From Methanofastidiosum sp. (lineage in GTDB: Archaea; Methanobacteriota_B; Thermococci; Methanofastidiosales; Methanofastidiosaceae), in assembly GCA_039679445.1 (NCBI GenBank), contig JBDKUY010000071.1:324-64323 (forward strand): a stretch of DNA of 64,000 nucleotides. Reading direction: 5' to 3'. Positions 20,221 through 29,435 of the stretch are shown here, piece after piece. The notes under the pieces were generated by a model. The model worked only from the letters and a program-made list of their open reading frames with translations, was not told where the DNA came from and searched no databases. Numbering within the stretch: the stretch's first letter is position 1; each line of letters begins with the position of its first letter. Made by a program: the position numbers and the translations under genes.

Positions 20221-21849
20221 TCACCTATCGAGTGACTCTGTAAGCTTTTCAAATTTAAATACTTTATAAGGGCATGATGATTGACATCTTAGACATGCCT
20301 CGCCATTACATCTTTCAGAGAGTATTCTTATTTTGAAATACCCTTCTTCTATTTCCTCTACCTTTAAAGCTCTTTCGGGGCATGACTTTTCACATTTTGC
20401 ACAACCCTGACAATTCTCAAATTCAGCTATTAATTCAACACCAATGTGATCTATTACTTTTAATTCTTCGCCAATGTCGGGTATATCCCTTTTGACAATT
20501 TTGTTTATCTGTAAATCACCCTTCACAGAAGGCAAATGTTGAATATTGTTCAGAGTAAGCATCTCATTGTATTTTTCCATTGACATTCCTTGTTCCCAAT
20601 ATGCAAGTTCTTGAACATATATATCAGTAAAAATTTTTGAAGTTGCAAACATGATATGTTTACTTCTTATTTTGTCTGCAAGTTTTTGTAATTCTTCTAA
20701 AGTATAGTTTTCAACTAAAACATCATAAGCTAAAAGTAATGAGGTATTCCCAACTTGGTACACTTTTTGAATAGTTGGCGGAATAAGACCTATCTTTCTT
20801 GACTTCATTGCATCGACATACGTTCCAGATGCACCACACATATACATAGTTTTAACTTCTTCAAGCTTTATTCCAGCTTCCTGTGCAAGAGTGAGGTGAC
20901 CTGCTCTAATAGCACCAATTGCTTTTCCTGCTTCCTTTAGGTCATCTTCAGTAAAGTAAATGTTTTCATCGAGCCTTAATCTTCTAGTTTTTGTGTAAAT
21001 ATATGGGAGCTCTATGACACCAGTTTCAAGACCTGCATAAATTACTGAAATAACACCTGTACCAGTAATCCCAATAGGCTGAACATTAGATAATTTCTTT
21101 CCCCTAAACTCTTCTTTCCATAAATCTAAAACTCTAACGCTTTGTGGCATCATGTTCTCATCAAGTACTAATGTATGCCACCCAAAATCAAGAACAACGT
21201 CAGATATTGCACCAGGAGATGCGAGCATACCACAAGAGATCTCTTGACCTTCTAGTGCCGGACCTGACGCTGCAGAGCCAGTAAATATCTTATCTCCAAC
21301 TTTTAAAGCCATTTCGGCATTTGTTCCGTAATCTGTTACTAATGATATCTCCTTGTTATCTAAAAAATTACTCTTTAACATCATTGCAAGCGCATCTGCA
21401 CCAATCTCATGTTTTATGGCTGGAGGTATGAGAATCTCGGCGTCCATGCCTTTGATTCCTAACTCTTGCGATGAAACTACTTTGGCATTTCTTGACTGAA
21501 TCTCTATCTTTTCAGCTTCGAGATACTTAGGGTCAGCATATGCCAAATCTTTGATGCCAATCCCTTCAAATAAAGAAAGCTGGATAGGATTTCCACAAAC
21601 GGCAATTTTTTCAATACTGCCAAGATCGATATTCATTTGGCTAAGGATCCTCTCGAAAGCATTAATCATTAATTTGTGAGCTATACCTTCACTGACCTTA
21701 ATTGCAAAGTTAAGGTGGTCCATCACGTTTGCGCCTGGTAATGGATGTCTTAGTGTAATAGCAGTTCTCAAAACTTTCTTTGACTCTAAATCGACAAGCT
21801 GAACTCTAAATCCACTTGTGCCTATATCAAATGCAATGCCCCTTGACAT
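20221..21849 (-). CDS. ramA: Methyltransferase corrinoid protein reductive activase (RamA/RACE family, ASKHA ATPase + C-terminal ferredoxin)
   Basis: DIGTSGFR, RHPLPGANVMDHL, HEIGADALAM, TDYGTNAEMAL, GSAASGPALEGQ, GASGTYVD, C-terminal CxxCxxCxxxCP and C-x4-CxxCxxxCP. Confidence 0.92.
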   Translation of the reverse strand: MSRGIAFDIGTSGFRVQLVDLESKKVLRTAITLRHPLPGANVMDHLNFAIKVSEGIAHKLMINAFERILSQMNIDLGSIEKIAVCGNPIQLSLFEGIGIKDLAYADPKYLEAEKIEIQSRNAKVVSSQELGIKGMDAEILIPPAIKHEIGADALAMMLKSNFLDNKEISLVTDYGTNAEMALKVGDKIFTGSAASGPALEGQEISCGMLASPGAISDVVLDFGWHTLVLDENMMPQSVRVLDLWKEEFRGKKLSNVQPIGITGTGVISVIYAGLETGVIELPYIYTKTRRLRLDENIYFTEDDLKEAGKAIGAIRAGHLTLAQEAGIKLEEVKTMYMCGASGTYVDAMKSRKIGLIPPTIQKVYQVGNTSLLLAYDVLVENYTLEELQKLADKIRSKHIMFATSKIFTDIYVQELAYWEQGMSMEKYNEMLTLNNIQHLPSVKGDLQINKIVKRDIPDIGEELKVIDHIGVELIAEFENCQGCAKCEKSCPERALKVEEIEEGYFKIRILSERCNGEACLRCQSSCPYKVFKFEKLTESLDR

Positions 21850-22084
21850 ATTATCCTCTCAGATTATTATAATTCAAATCTCATAAACTAGCTATCCCCT
21901 TTTTAATCTTTCGGAATAAAGGTATGATATAAAATTATTTAAGAAAGTATTTATGTTATAAGAAATATAATATTCTAAATGTACAATTTTCAAAAAATAT
22001 AAATTATATATTTCTTTTAGATTAAATATTTATTCATTATTCAAATTTATTACTAATAAAGTATTTAGCATTCTAACATTTAAC

Positions 22085-22170
22085 ACCGAAAAATATATAA
22101 ATGGCCCTTTAAAATGACAATCGGATAAGGTTAGGTAAATTTTAAACCTTGTCTAATTAATCCAGGAGGA
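22085..22170 (+). promoter_or_regulatory. Consensus BRE/TATA promoter, 5' hairpin and SD of the FAD-oxidoreductase/HdrD-like operon
   Basis: accgaaaaa-TATATAAA (22085-22101); stem GGATAAGGTT (22123-32)/AACCTTGTCT (22145-54); SD AGGAGG at 22164-69 before TTG. Confidence 0.6.
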
Positions 22171-22176
22171 ATCTTT

Positions 22177-23616
22177 TTGGACAAAAAGGATAGAATATAC
22201 AAAGTATTGTCTCAAATTGTTGGCGACGAGAAGTGGGTATCTAACAGTCCTGTGGACTGTTGGTGTTACTCATACGATATGTCTTTTGTCAGACCAAAGA
22301 TGCCACAGTATGTAGTTCTTCCACAAACAGTGGAAGAAATACAGTCCATTGTTAGGCTTGCAAATACAGAAAGAATACCAATAGTACCATTTACAGCAGG
22401 TACAAACATTGGTGGACTTTGCATACCAGAACAAGGTGGTATCGTTGTCGATCTCAAGAGAATGGACAAGATATTAAAGATAGACACTGAGTCTAGATAC
22501 GCCATAATTGAGCCAGGAGTAAGTCATGCCGAGTTGGCACAAGAATTATACAAAGTAAAAGCAAGATTTGGATGGCCAGTAGGTCCACCATCTGCATCAG
22601 TACTTGCAGCCGCAATTAACCACGGTATTGGAGGTATTACAGGCAGATACGGACTTAACAGTCAGCAAATAACAAGTATGGAAGTAGTTCTCCCAACGGG
22701 AGAAACAGCAAGAGTAGGTTCATGTGCTATTAGACCTGATGCCTGGCACAGCTGCTTACCATTACCAAGATTAGATGGTTTATTCACCGGATGGCTTGGA
22801 ACTACCGGTATTGTTACAAAGCTTGGTATATTTACACCACCGGTGCCTGACTATGTGGATATAGTTTCGGTATCAACAAAAAATCTAACAGACATGGAAA
22901 GTTACATGAGAACATTCAGTAAATACGAATACGCAGACGATCTTACTGCAGTTTCATGGTGGCTATCTCAGGTTCCAATTCCATACCCATTGAAGGAAAA
23001 ACCAAAAGGCGACCCAGAATGGTTCTCATACGCTGTATTATACAGCTTTACAGAGAAGGAACTTGAAAACAAGTTAGACACATTTAACAAGGTTGTTAAA
23101 GGAGAAAAGGCAAAGGGAAGCTCAGTCGAAGCTACCCCATACCCCCCAGAAGCAAAGAAAGCAAGAACAGAACTTCCATCTCAGATTGTAGGTTCTACAA
23201 AGAACTACTGCAAGCAGGGAGGGGGAGGAATTTCATGGCCAGGTACATTTACACCATCAAACAGATGGGTAGAAGTATACGATAAATGGAAAGACATCTA
23301 CTTCAACAAACTAAGCCCAGCTTTATCACCTGCAGTCAGGGTTACAATGTACAGAGGAACACACTACGGTATGTTAAGACTTATGACTCCATTCCCAAGA
23401 GACAGACCAGCTGAAGAAGCCAACGCTGCTCACGGTATAATTGAGTGTCTTAAGGTACTTCTTGATGCTGGAGGTATTCCATACAAGCCACCAGTTGCAA
23501 TGCAGAGAGAAATTAACCAGAGAGCGGACCCAGGATATGTCGACCTTATTATTAAGGTAAAGGACATGCTTGACCCCAACCATATCATGAACCCAGGTAA
23601 ATATCAGGTAAGGTGA
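22177..23616 (+). CDS. FAD-binding oxidoreductase (VAO/PCMH superfamily, GlcD-like)
   Basis: P..VVLP.TVEEIQ.IVRLAN, AGTNIGG, DLKRMDKI, EPGV, MEVVLPTGE, LDGLFTG..GTTGIVTK, LDPNHIMNPGK. Confidence 0.9.
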   Translation: MDKKDRIYKVLSQIVGDEKWVSNSPVDCWCYSYDMSFVRPKMPQYVVLPQTVEEIQSIVRLANTERIPIVPFTAGTNIGGLCIPEQGGIVVDLKRMDKILKIDTESRYAIIEPGVSHAELAQELYKVKARFGWPVGPPSASVLAAAINHGIGGITGRYGLNSQQITSMEVVLPTGETARVGSCAIRPDAWHSCLPLPRLDGLFTGWLGTTGIVTKLGIFTPPVPDYVDIVSVSTKNLTDMESYMRTFSKYEYADDLTAVSWWLSQVPIPYPLKEKPKGDPEWFSYAVLYSFTEKELENKLDTFNKVVKGEKAKGSSVEATPYPPEAKKARTELPSQIVGSTKNYCKQGGGGISWPGTFTPSNRWVEVYDKWKDIYFNKLSPALSPAVRVTMYRGTHYGMLRLMTPFPRDRPAEEANAAHGIIECLKVLLDAGGIPYKPPVAMQREINQRADPGYVDLIIKVKDMLDPNHIMNPGKYQVR

Positions 23617-23621
23617 AGAAA

Positions 23622-24893
23622 ATGGAGAACTTTAAAGATTTAAAATTTTACTCACAGTACTTTAGAAAATGCTCAAAGTGTGGAACATGTAAGTCTGCTT
23701 ACTCATATGGACCTCCACCCACTAATGCAACAATATGTCCCCAAGGAGAATACTTTAAGTTAGACTCCTACTTTGGTTCAAGATCCAAGTCATTCCATGG
23801 GCATGCTATTCTTGAAAACAAGGTAGACTTAACAGACCCTGCAATACAGGAAGATATGCAAAAGGCAATCTTTTCATGTACAGTCTGTGGAGGATGTCAG
23901 AGCCAGTGTCTCCTTGACTACAAGCCTTGGATAGTTGACTACATTGAACAGATAAGAAATCACTTAGTTAACATGGGAATAGGGCCAACAAAAGCAGAGA
24001 AAGTATACCAAGAAAAGATCATAAAAGATCACAACCCTTACGGCGAAACACACACTTCCAGATTCAACTGGTTAAAAGATGTAAAAGACTTGAAGACAGA
24101 CGGTAACACAGTTTACTTTGCAGGATGTACAGCATCCTACAGAAGAACTGAAATCGCTAAATCAACAGCCAGTGTTTTATCAAAACTTGGAGAAGACTGG
24201 GCAGTTATGGGCGAAAATGAATACTGCTGTGGTTCACCACTTCTAAGAGCTGGTTTAAGAGACGAGCCACAGAAGCTAGCTGAACACAATGTCGATTACA
24301 TAAACGACCAGGGATTCAAGACAGTAGTAACTGCTTGTGCTGGATGTTACAAGGTCCTTTCAAAAGAATACGAAAAATGGTGGGGCTTAAAGCTAAAGGC
24401 TAAAGTCATGCACACATCTCAATACCTTGAAGAAAAGATGCAGAAAGGCCAACTTAAGTTAAACAAAGTTGACGCTAAAGTAACATACCACGATCCATGT
24501 CACATGGGAAGACACATGAACCACTACGAAGTAGACTTCGACGGAAAGAAACAGTGGAAAGGCTCATTCATCCAGGTTGACAAAGTAGGCCTATACGAAA
24601 CACCAAGAAATGTCCTAAAAGCTATACCAGGCGTAGAGCTAAAGGAAATGTACAGAAACAGAGACAACTCCTTCTGCTGCGGTGCTGGTGGAGGTATTAA
24701 ATCATCCTATCCAGACGTAGCTCTTGAAACTGCAAAGACAAGAGTACAGGAAGCAGAGAAGGTCCAGGGAGTACAGAAGATTGTAACCCCATGTCCATTC
24801 TGTGTCACAAACCTTGGTGACGGTGCAAAAGCACTTGGTTCCAAGATGGAAGTCATTGACTTAATCCAGTTAGTCGACCAGGCACTAAAGTAA
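23622..24893 (+). CDS. HdrD/GlcF-like Fe-S oxidoreductase (2 ferredoxin motifs + 2 CCG domains)
   Basis: CSKCGTC...CP, CTVCGGCQSQC, YFAGC..CCGSP..TACAGC, YHDPCHMGR..CCGAGGG..PCPFC; abuts the FAD gene. Confidence 0.9.
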   Translation: MENFKDLKFYSQYFRKCSKCGTCKSAYSYGPPPTNATICPQGEYFKLDSYFGSRSKSFHGHAILENKVDLTDPAIQEDMQKAIFSCTVCGGCQSQCLLDYKPWIVDYIEQIRNHLVNMGIGPTKAEKVYQEKIIKDHNPYGETHTSRFNWLKDVKDLKTDGNTVYFAGCTASYRRTEIAKSTASVLSKLGEDWAVMGENEYCCGSPLLRAGLRDEPQKLAEHNVDYINDQGFKTVVTACAGCYKVLSKEYEKWWGLKLKAKVMHTSQYLEEKMQKGQLKLNKVDAKVTYHDPCHMGRHMNHYEVDFDGKKQWKGSFIQVDKVGLYETPRNVLKAIPGVELKEMYRNRDNSFCCGAGGGIKSSYPDVALETAKTRVQEAEKVQGVQKIVTPCPFCVTNLGDGAKALGSKMEVIDLIQLVDQALK

Positions 24894-24951
24894 ATAAATT
24901 AAAATATTTTATTTTTTCTTTTAAATTTTTAAATATTATAAGAGGAATTTT

Positions 24952-25293
24952 ATGAAACCCGAACACTATTTATTTGTATCTAATGAATCAGATGATTTTA
25001 CTGACATTTACACCACAAAAATTATTGGCAACTATGTTAAATTTGATTTAGAATTAAAAGATAAAGATGGAAAATTAATAAACGAAGGCGAACTTCACGT
25101 CCAGATAGTATCTGAAATGTATATGCCTTTAATAGTCAAGAGATTCAATCCTTTTGAAGGAAAACTATCTTTAACTATCGGAAATGAACATATTGGTTCA
25201 TGCGATGCAATATTTATAATCCGATTCAAATCAGATAGAATCATAGATACTTCAAAATCAAATGTAGATGTTGAATTTTTAAATACTGAATAA
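24952..25293 (+). CDS. Hypothetical protein
   Basis: ORF with SD (AGAGG) filling an intergenic gap; no recognisable motif. Confidence 0.55.
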   Translation: MKPEHYLFVSNESDDFTDIYTTKIIGNYVKFDLELKDKDGKLINEGELHVQIVSEMYMPLIVKRFNPFEGKLSLTIGNEHIGSCDAIFIIRFKSDRIIDTSKSNVDVEFLNTE

Positions 25294-25318
25294 AAAGAAA
25301 AATAGTTTATTTTTTTAA

Positions 25319-26551
25319 TTATATTTTATCTAGTGCAGATTTTAGGTCGTTAATAAGATCTTCATGATTTTCTATTCCAACTGAAAGTCTTATCATGTTG
25401 TCTGTAACCTCAGCATCTCTTAATGATTTTTCATCAACTTCTGAGTGTGTCATTGCTTTTGGGTGTTCTATTAAGGATTCTGTCCCCCCAAGACTTACAG
25501 CTAATTTACATAATTTGACACTATTTAAAAATTTAAAAGCCTCTTTCTTTCCACCCTTGACATAGAAAGACAATAAAGACCCAGGACCTTTACACTGTTT
25601 TTTGTATATTCTATACTGTTCACTGTTCTTATCGTATAGCTCAGGATAAATTACTCTTTCAACTTTTGGGTGATGCGACAAAAATTCAGCTATTTTTATT
25701 GCGTTTTCCATCTGTCTTTGCATTCTTATGTGGACAGTTTCTAATGACCTTGCCATAAGCCATGCATCAAATGGATTTCCGTTTGTCCCTATCATGCCCC
25801 TGATTCCTTTTACCTTGGAGAGGTCTTCTTTTGATCCAAGAGCTGCACCAGCAATAATATCTGAATGCCCCCCAATGAATTTTGTTGCAGAATATAGGAC
25901 TATGTCAACTTTCTGCTCAAAAGGAGACTGGAAGACTGGTCCCATGAATGTGTTATCTACAATAACTTTAGCACTAATCCCTTCTTTCCTTAATTTATCC
26001 CTTATCTTTACTATAGCTTCTATGTCAATCATTACGTTGTTGGGGTTTGCAGGTGTTTCAACGTAAAGTATAACTGATTTCCCCTTAATTTTTTGTTTAA
26101 ATGAATTTATCTTGGCTTCCATCAAATTTGGCGTATCTGATCCAGCTTTGACATGTATTGTAGTTACTCCCATTTTTTCAAAGAATTCTTTGAAAAGAAA
26201 TTCAGTTCCTCCGTAAACAGGATTTGCATAGAATATATAGTCTCCATTTTTTACGAATGCAAGTAAAGTTGAAGTAATCGCCGCCATTCCGGAACCAAAG
26301 ATAGCTGCTGCTTCAGCGCCCTCTAATAAAGAAAGCCTTTCTTCAACAATATCAAAGTTTGGATTGGCAAATCGGGAGTACACAAATCCTTCTTCCCCTT
26401 TGTCAAGACCTAGTGCGACTCTAATAAAGGATTCCCCTTCTTCGGCACTTTTGAATTTGTAAGTGCTTGTTAAAAATATAGGGGGTTTTACTGCACCGTT
26501 ATACTTTAACGGGTCATAGCCCTTACTTATAACAATAGTTTCTTTTTTCAT
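25319..26551 (-). CDS. Methionine gamma-lyase-like PLP enzyme (Cys/Met metabolism family)
   Basis: GYDP....GAVKPPIFLTST, VYSRF.NPN, FGSGMAAI, ETPANP, DNTF.GP, YSATKFIGGHSD, AVSLGGTESLIEHP..MTHS, RLSVGIEN. Confidence 0.85.
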   Translation of the reverse strand: MKKETIVISKGYDPLKYNGAVKPPIFLTSTYKFKSAEEGESFIRVALGLDKGEEGFVYSRFANPNFDIVEERLSLLEGAEAAAIFGSGMAAITSTLLAFVKNGDYIFYANPVYGGTEFLFKEFFEKMGVTTIHVKAGSDTPNLMEAKINSFKQKIKGKSVILYVETPANPNNVMIDIEAIVKIRDKLRKEGISAKVIVDNTFMGPVFQSPFEQKVDIVLYSATKFIGGHSDIIAGAALGSKEDLSKVKGIRGMIGTNGNPFDAWLMARSLETVHIRMQRQMENAIKIAEFLSHHPKVERVIYPELYDKNSEQYRIYKKQCKGPGSLLSFYVKGGKKEAFKFLNSVKLCKLAVSLGGTESLIEHPKAMTHSEVDEKSLRDAEVTDNMIRLSVGIENHEDLINDLKSALDKI

Positions 26552-26609
26552 TTAATCACTCTCAACATTATTCCAAATATTTATAAAGAACATTATAAAA
26601 GTTTCTTTT

Positions 26610-26837
26610 ATGAAGTCTGTTGGGAGGGTTCTCCATTCAATTGGCCCTCTTTTTATATTAAGGTCAAAAAAAGTTAAAATTAGGGATATTGGTGCCGATG
26701 CTTACGTAGGAGATAAAAGAATTGGCAAAATCATAGAGCTATTCGGACCAGTAGAGGACCCATATGTTAAGATTGTCTCTAGAAGAGACATAAAAGACAG
26801 AAAAAGTTTTGTTGGAAAAGATGTTTCAATTAGATAG
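26610..26837 (+). CDS. gar1: H/ACA RNP protein Gar1
   Basis: GRVLH..., IGKIIELFGPVEDPYV.I; typical 75-aa archaeal Gar1. Confidence 0.85.
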   Translation: MKSVGRVLHSIGPLFILRSKKVKIRDIGADAYVGDKRIGKIIELFGPVEDPYVKIVSRRDIKDRKSFVGKDVSIR

Positions 26838-26854
26838 AGTTTTTGAGGTCTTTT

Positions 26855-29353
26855 ATGAATAATATCGTAAAGACACTATTGGTAGTATTCTTGCTTATGT
26901 CTTCATTCTCAGGATTCAATCCTGTTTTGAGCCAAGATACGGGATATTCTATTGAAGTATTGCCTTCCTTCTCTATAGTTACTCAAGAAGATATCCCAAG
27001 ACTTGTGGATCTAGCTTCCAAGAATAACGTTAATACAATTTACTTACACGTTAAGAGGGGTACAGGCACAAATCCTTCGCCCGGTGTAGTCTTTTATAAT
27101 AGCAGAATCGCACCTACTTTTTATAATTTCGATGTGCTATCATTAATGGTTGAAGAAGCTCATAAAAAGAATATAAAAATATATGCTGTTGTCCCGGTTT
27201 TTTATGATGTTATTGCTGCCAATAAAGGTTTTGCTTCTGAGGGCCCTCAGTCAGACGGATGGGTCTGCCCACAAACAGGTTTTAATTATGAAAAAAGCAT
27301 AATCGATGAGATAACAAACGGATACAAAGTCGATGGAGTAGTTTTGGAATACTTTGGGAATCCAAATAATTTAAACTGCCAATGTGCTGATTGCATTAGA
27401 GAGTTTTCAAGAAGATATGAGGTATCGACTGAAAGATTAAATCTAGAAACAGAAAAACTAAACAATTCTGAATTGTGGGTTAAATGGAATGTATACCGAG
27501 CTGATGAACTTGCAAAACGTTTGGAAATTTTATCACAAGACATAAGAAACAATAAAAAAATGAAATTAGGAATTATTATACCCCCAACAACCTATAGAGA
27601 TTACTTTGAAAACACTGATTTTGGAATTGATGCAAAAAAAATAGGAGATTACATTGATTTTTTGGTATATAGGCGCCAGGGGCTACCCTTAGAATATGTT
27701 CCTGATGCCACAAATGGGTATAGCCTTCAATACGACGGGGACATATATGTTACGGTGGAAAACAAGGATATCGGACTACTGAACTTAGTATATTCTGGAT
27801 CAGAATATACATCGGGGATTATATATTTCCAGAGAGAGCCCTGGACTACCCAGAGTTTTGCAAGAATATCTAAATCAAGGGCCGAATCCACAAACATATG
27901 GGCAGTAAGAGTTGACTCAAGAGAGTACTTCAATCCTGATCTTGATTCATACATCCCTATTTGGAAAAATAACAATATTAATACAGTAATACTAAGTGCT
28001 GGTAGACCATACGCAATTAATTTTAGATGGTCTGGGCACGAAAAGGAATACAGCTCTTTAGTTCAATTATCAACTGACGACCCGTTAGAAAAAATGGTTA
28101 ACAAACTAAAAAGCGAAGGATTTAAGGTCGTAGTTTCTTTTAGCCTGAATAGCCCCGAATATATACAGGCCAATCCTGGTTCTGCTGCACTTGATTATGT
28201 ATTTTCTAGAAGCCCTTCAAAAGTTTCGATGGTTGAAATATCTCAAGGCACTTACGGTAAATATTATATTGATACTGTTGAGCATATAATAAAAAATTAC
28301 GATATAGATGCTATTTTAGTAACTAATGGAGATTTTTACGAGTATAGCTATGATTCAAGGTCCGAGGAGGAATATCTAAAATATATGAACTCAAGAGGAA
28401 CTGTCGTTTATGGATGGCCTACGAAAGGCCTAGTAGTCAATATTGACGACAGCACCATCACGAATTGGCAGAACTTTGAGATGGAAAAATTTTATTCTAC
28501 ACTAAAAAACAGGATAATTAATTACGAAGTTGAACTATGGATTTCTGCTAAGACTGATGAAAAGGACCCGAATAACCTGTCTAGGAAATATGGTCAGGAT
28601 TTAAACATGTTAAACAACTATGCGACAAGAGTAGTTGTGACTGCACCACTCACAGAGGATATTGCTACCAAGAACAGAAACTTTGCAGATAATCTGCGTG
28701 AAGAAGGTATATCTTACGTATTAGATGTTCCTTTGATAAAAGGAGCTAGTACCCCCGTCACAAAAGATGAATTAGAATTAATAATGCAGAATTCAATAGA
28801 TGGTGGAACAAAATATACATTATTATCTTCCAATTATCTGATAAATGAAGATATGTGGAGTTCAGTTTTGAAACTATCATTGTATAAAGAAATAGCCAAG
28901 TTAGATGACGCCCAACTCATGAACTTTTATAATGAAGGCCGTTATGATTTCTTAATAGGGCGAGTTGAGGAGATAAAAAAGATAAAGGAAGACGAAATTA
29001 CAAACCTTAGAAATCAGTCGAAAACTAAGATTAAAAATCTAGACAATATTATAGAGAATATTGAATCGAAACTTAGCGCTACGAAGAGTTTAGGATTTGA
29101 TACTTCGCAAGTAGCGGAAAAGTGGGATTTTGGTAAAAGGGAGTACAGTATAGCTAAAAATTCTTTTATAGAAGGTAGATACAAGCAAGCACTTGACAGC
29201 TCAGACAATGCTGAGATAGTTTTGGGTCAGGTTAATTATATACTTCAAGGAGAGATCGACAAGGTTTATTCTTCAAGGATGTTTATAGGTTTTACAACAA
29301 TTATAGTGTTTGTTATATTCCTGTTTCTTATCTATTATTCCAACAGGGAGTAA
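26855..29353 (+). CDS. Secreted, C-terminally anchored protein with two GHL10/DUF187-like TIM-barrel domains
   Basis: Signal peptide; NTIYLHVK..G, D.L..MVEEAHK..IK, WVCP, Y.VDGVVLEY, CQCADC...F; second degenerate copy (NTVIL..., YDIDAILV, YGQD); helical linker; C-terminal TM. Confidence 0.65.
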   Translation: MNNIVKTLLVVFLLMSSFSGFNPVLSQDTGYSIEVLPSFSIVTQEDIPRLVDLASKNNVNTIYLHVKRGTGTNPSPGVVFYNSRIAPTFYNFDVLSLMVEEAHKKNIKIYAVVPVFYDVIAANKGFASEGPQSDGWVCPQTGFNYEKSIIDEITNGYKVDGVVLEYFGNPNNLNCQCADCIREFSRRYEVSTERLNLETEKLNNSELWVKWNVYRADELAKRLEILSQDIRNNKKMKLGIIIPPTTYRDYFENTDFGIDAKKIGDYIDFLVYRRQGLPLEYVPDATNGYSLQYDGDIYVTVENKDIGLLNLVYSGSEYTSGIIYFQREPWTTQSFARISKSRAESTNIWAVRVDSREYFNPDLDSYIPIWKNNNINTVILSAGRPYAINFRWSGHEKEYSSLVQLSTDDPLEKMVNKLKSEGFKVVVSFSLNSPEYIQANPGSAALDYVFSRSPSKVSMVEISQGTYGKYYIDTVEHIIKNYDIDAILVTNGDFYEYSYDSRSEEEYLKYMNSRGTVVYGWPTKGLVVNIDDSTITNWQNFEMEKFYSTLKNRIINYEVELWISAKTDEKDPNNLSRKYGQDLNMLNNYATRVVVTAPLTEDIATKNRNFADNLREEGISYVLDVPLIKGASTPVTKDELELIMQNSIDGGTKYTLLSSNYLINEDMWSSVLKLSLYKEIAKLDDAQLMNFYNEGRYDFLIGRVEEIKKIKEDEITNLRNQSKTKIKNLDNIIENIESKLSATKSLGFDTSQVAEKWDFGKREYSIAKNSFIEGRYKQALDSSDNAEIVLGQVNYILQGEIDKVYSSRMFIGFTTIIVFVIFLFLIYYSNRE

Positions 29354-29435
29354 AAAGAATTAGTTTTAAATATCTCTTTCTTATTAGTTAATTATAGATC
29401 TAAAAAGATTTACAATAGCATAAGTTGTGATTTTT

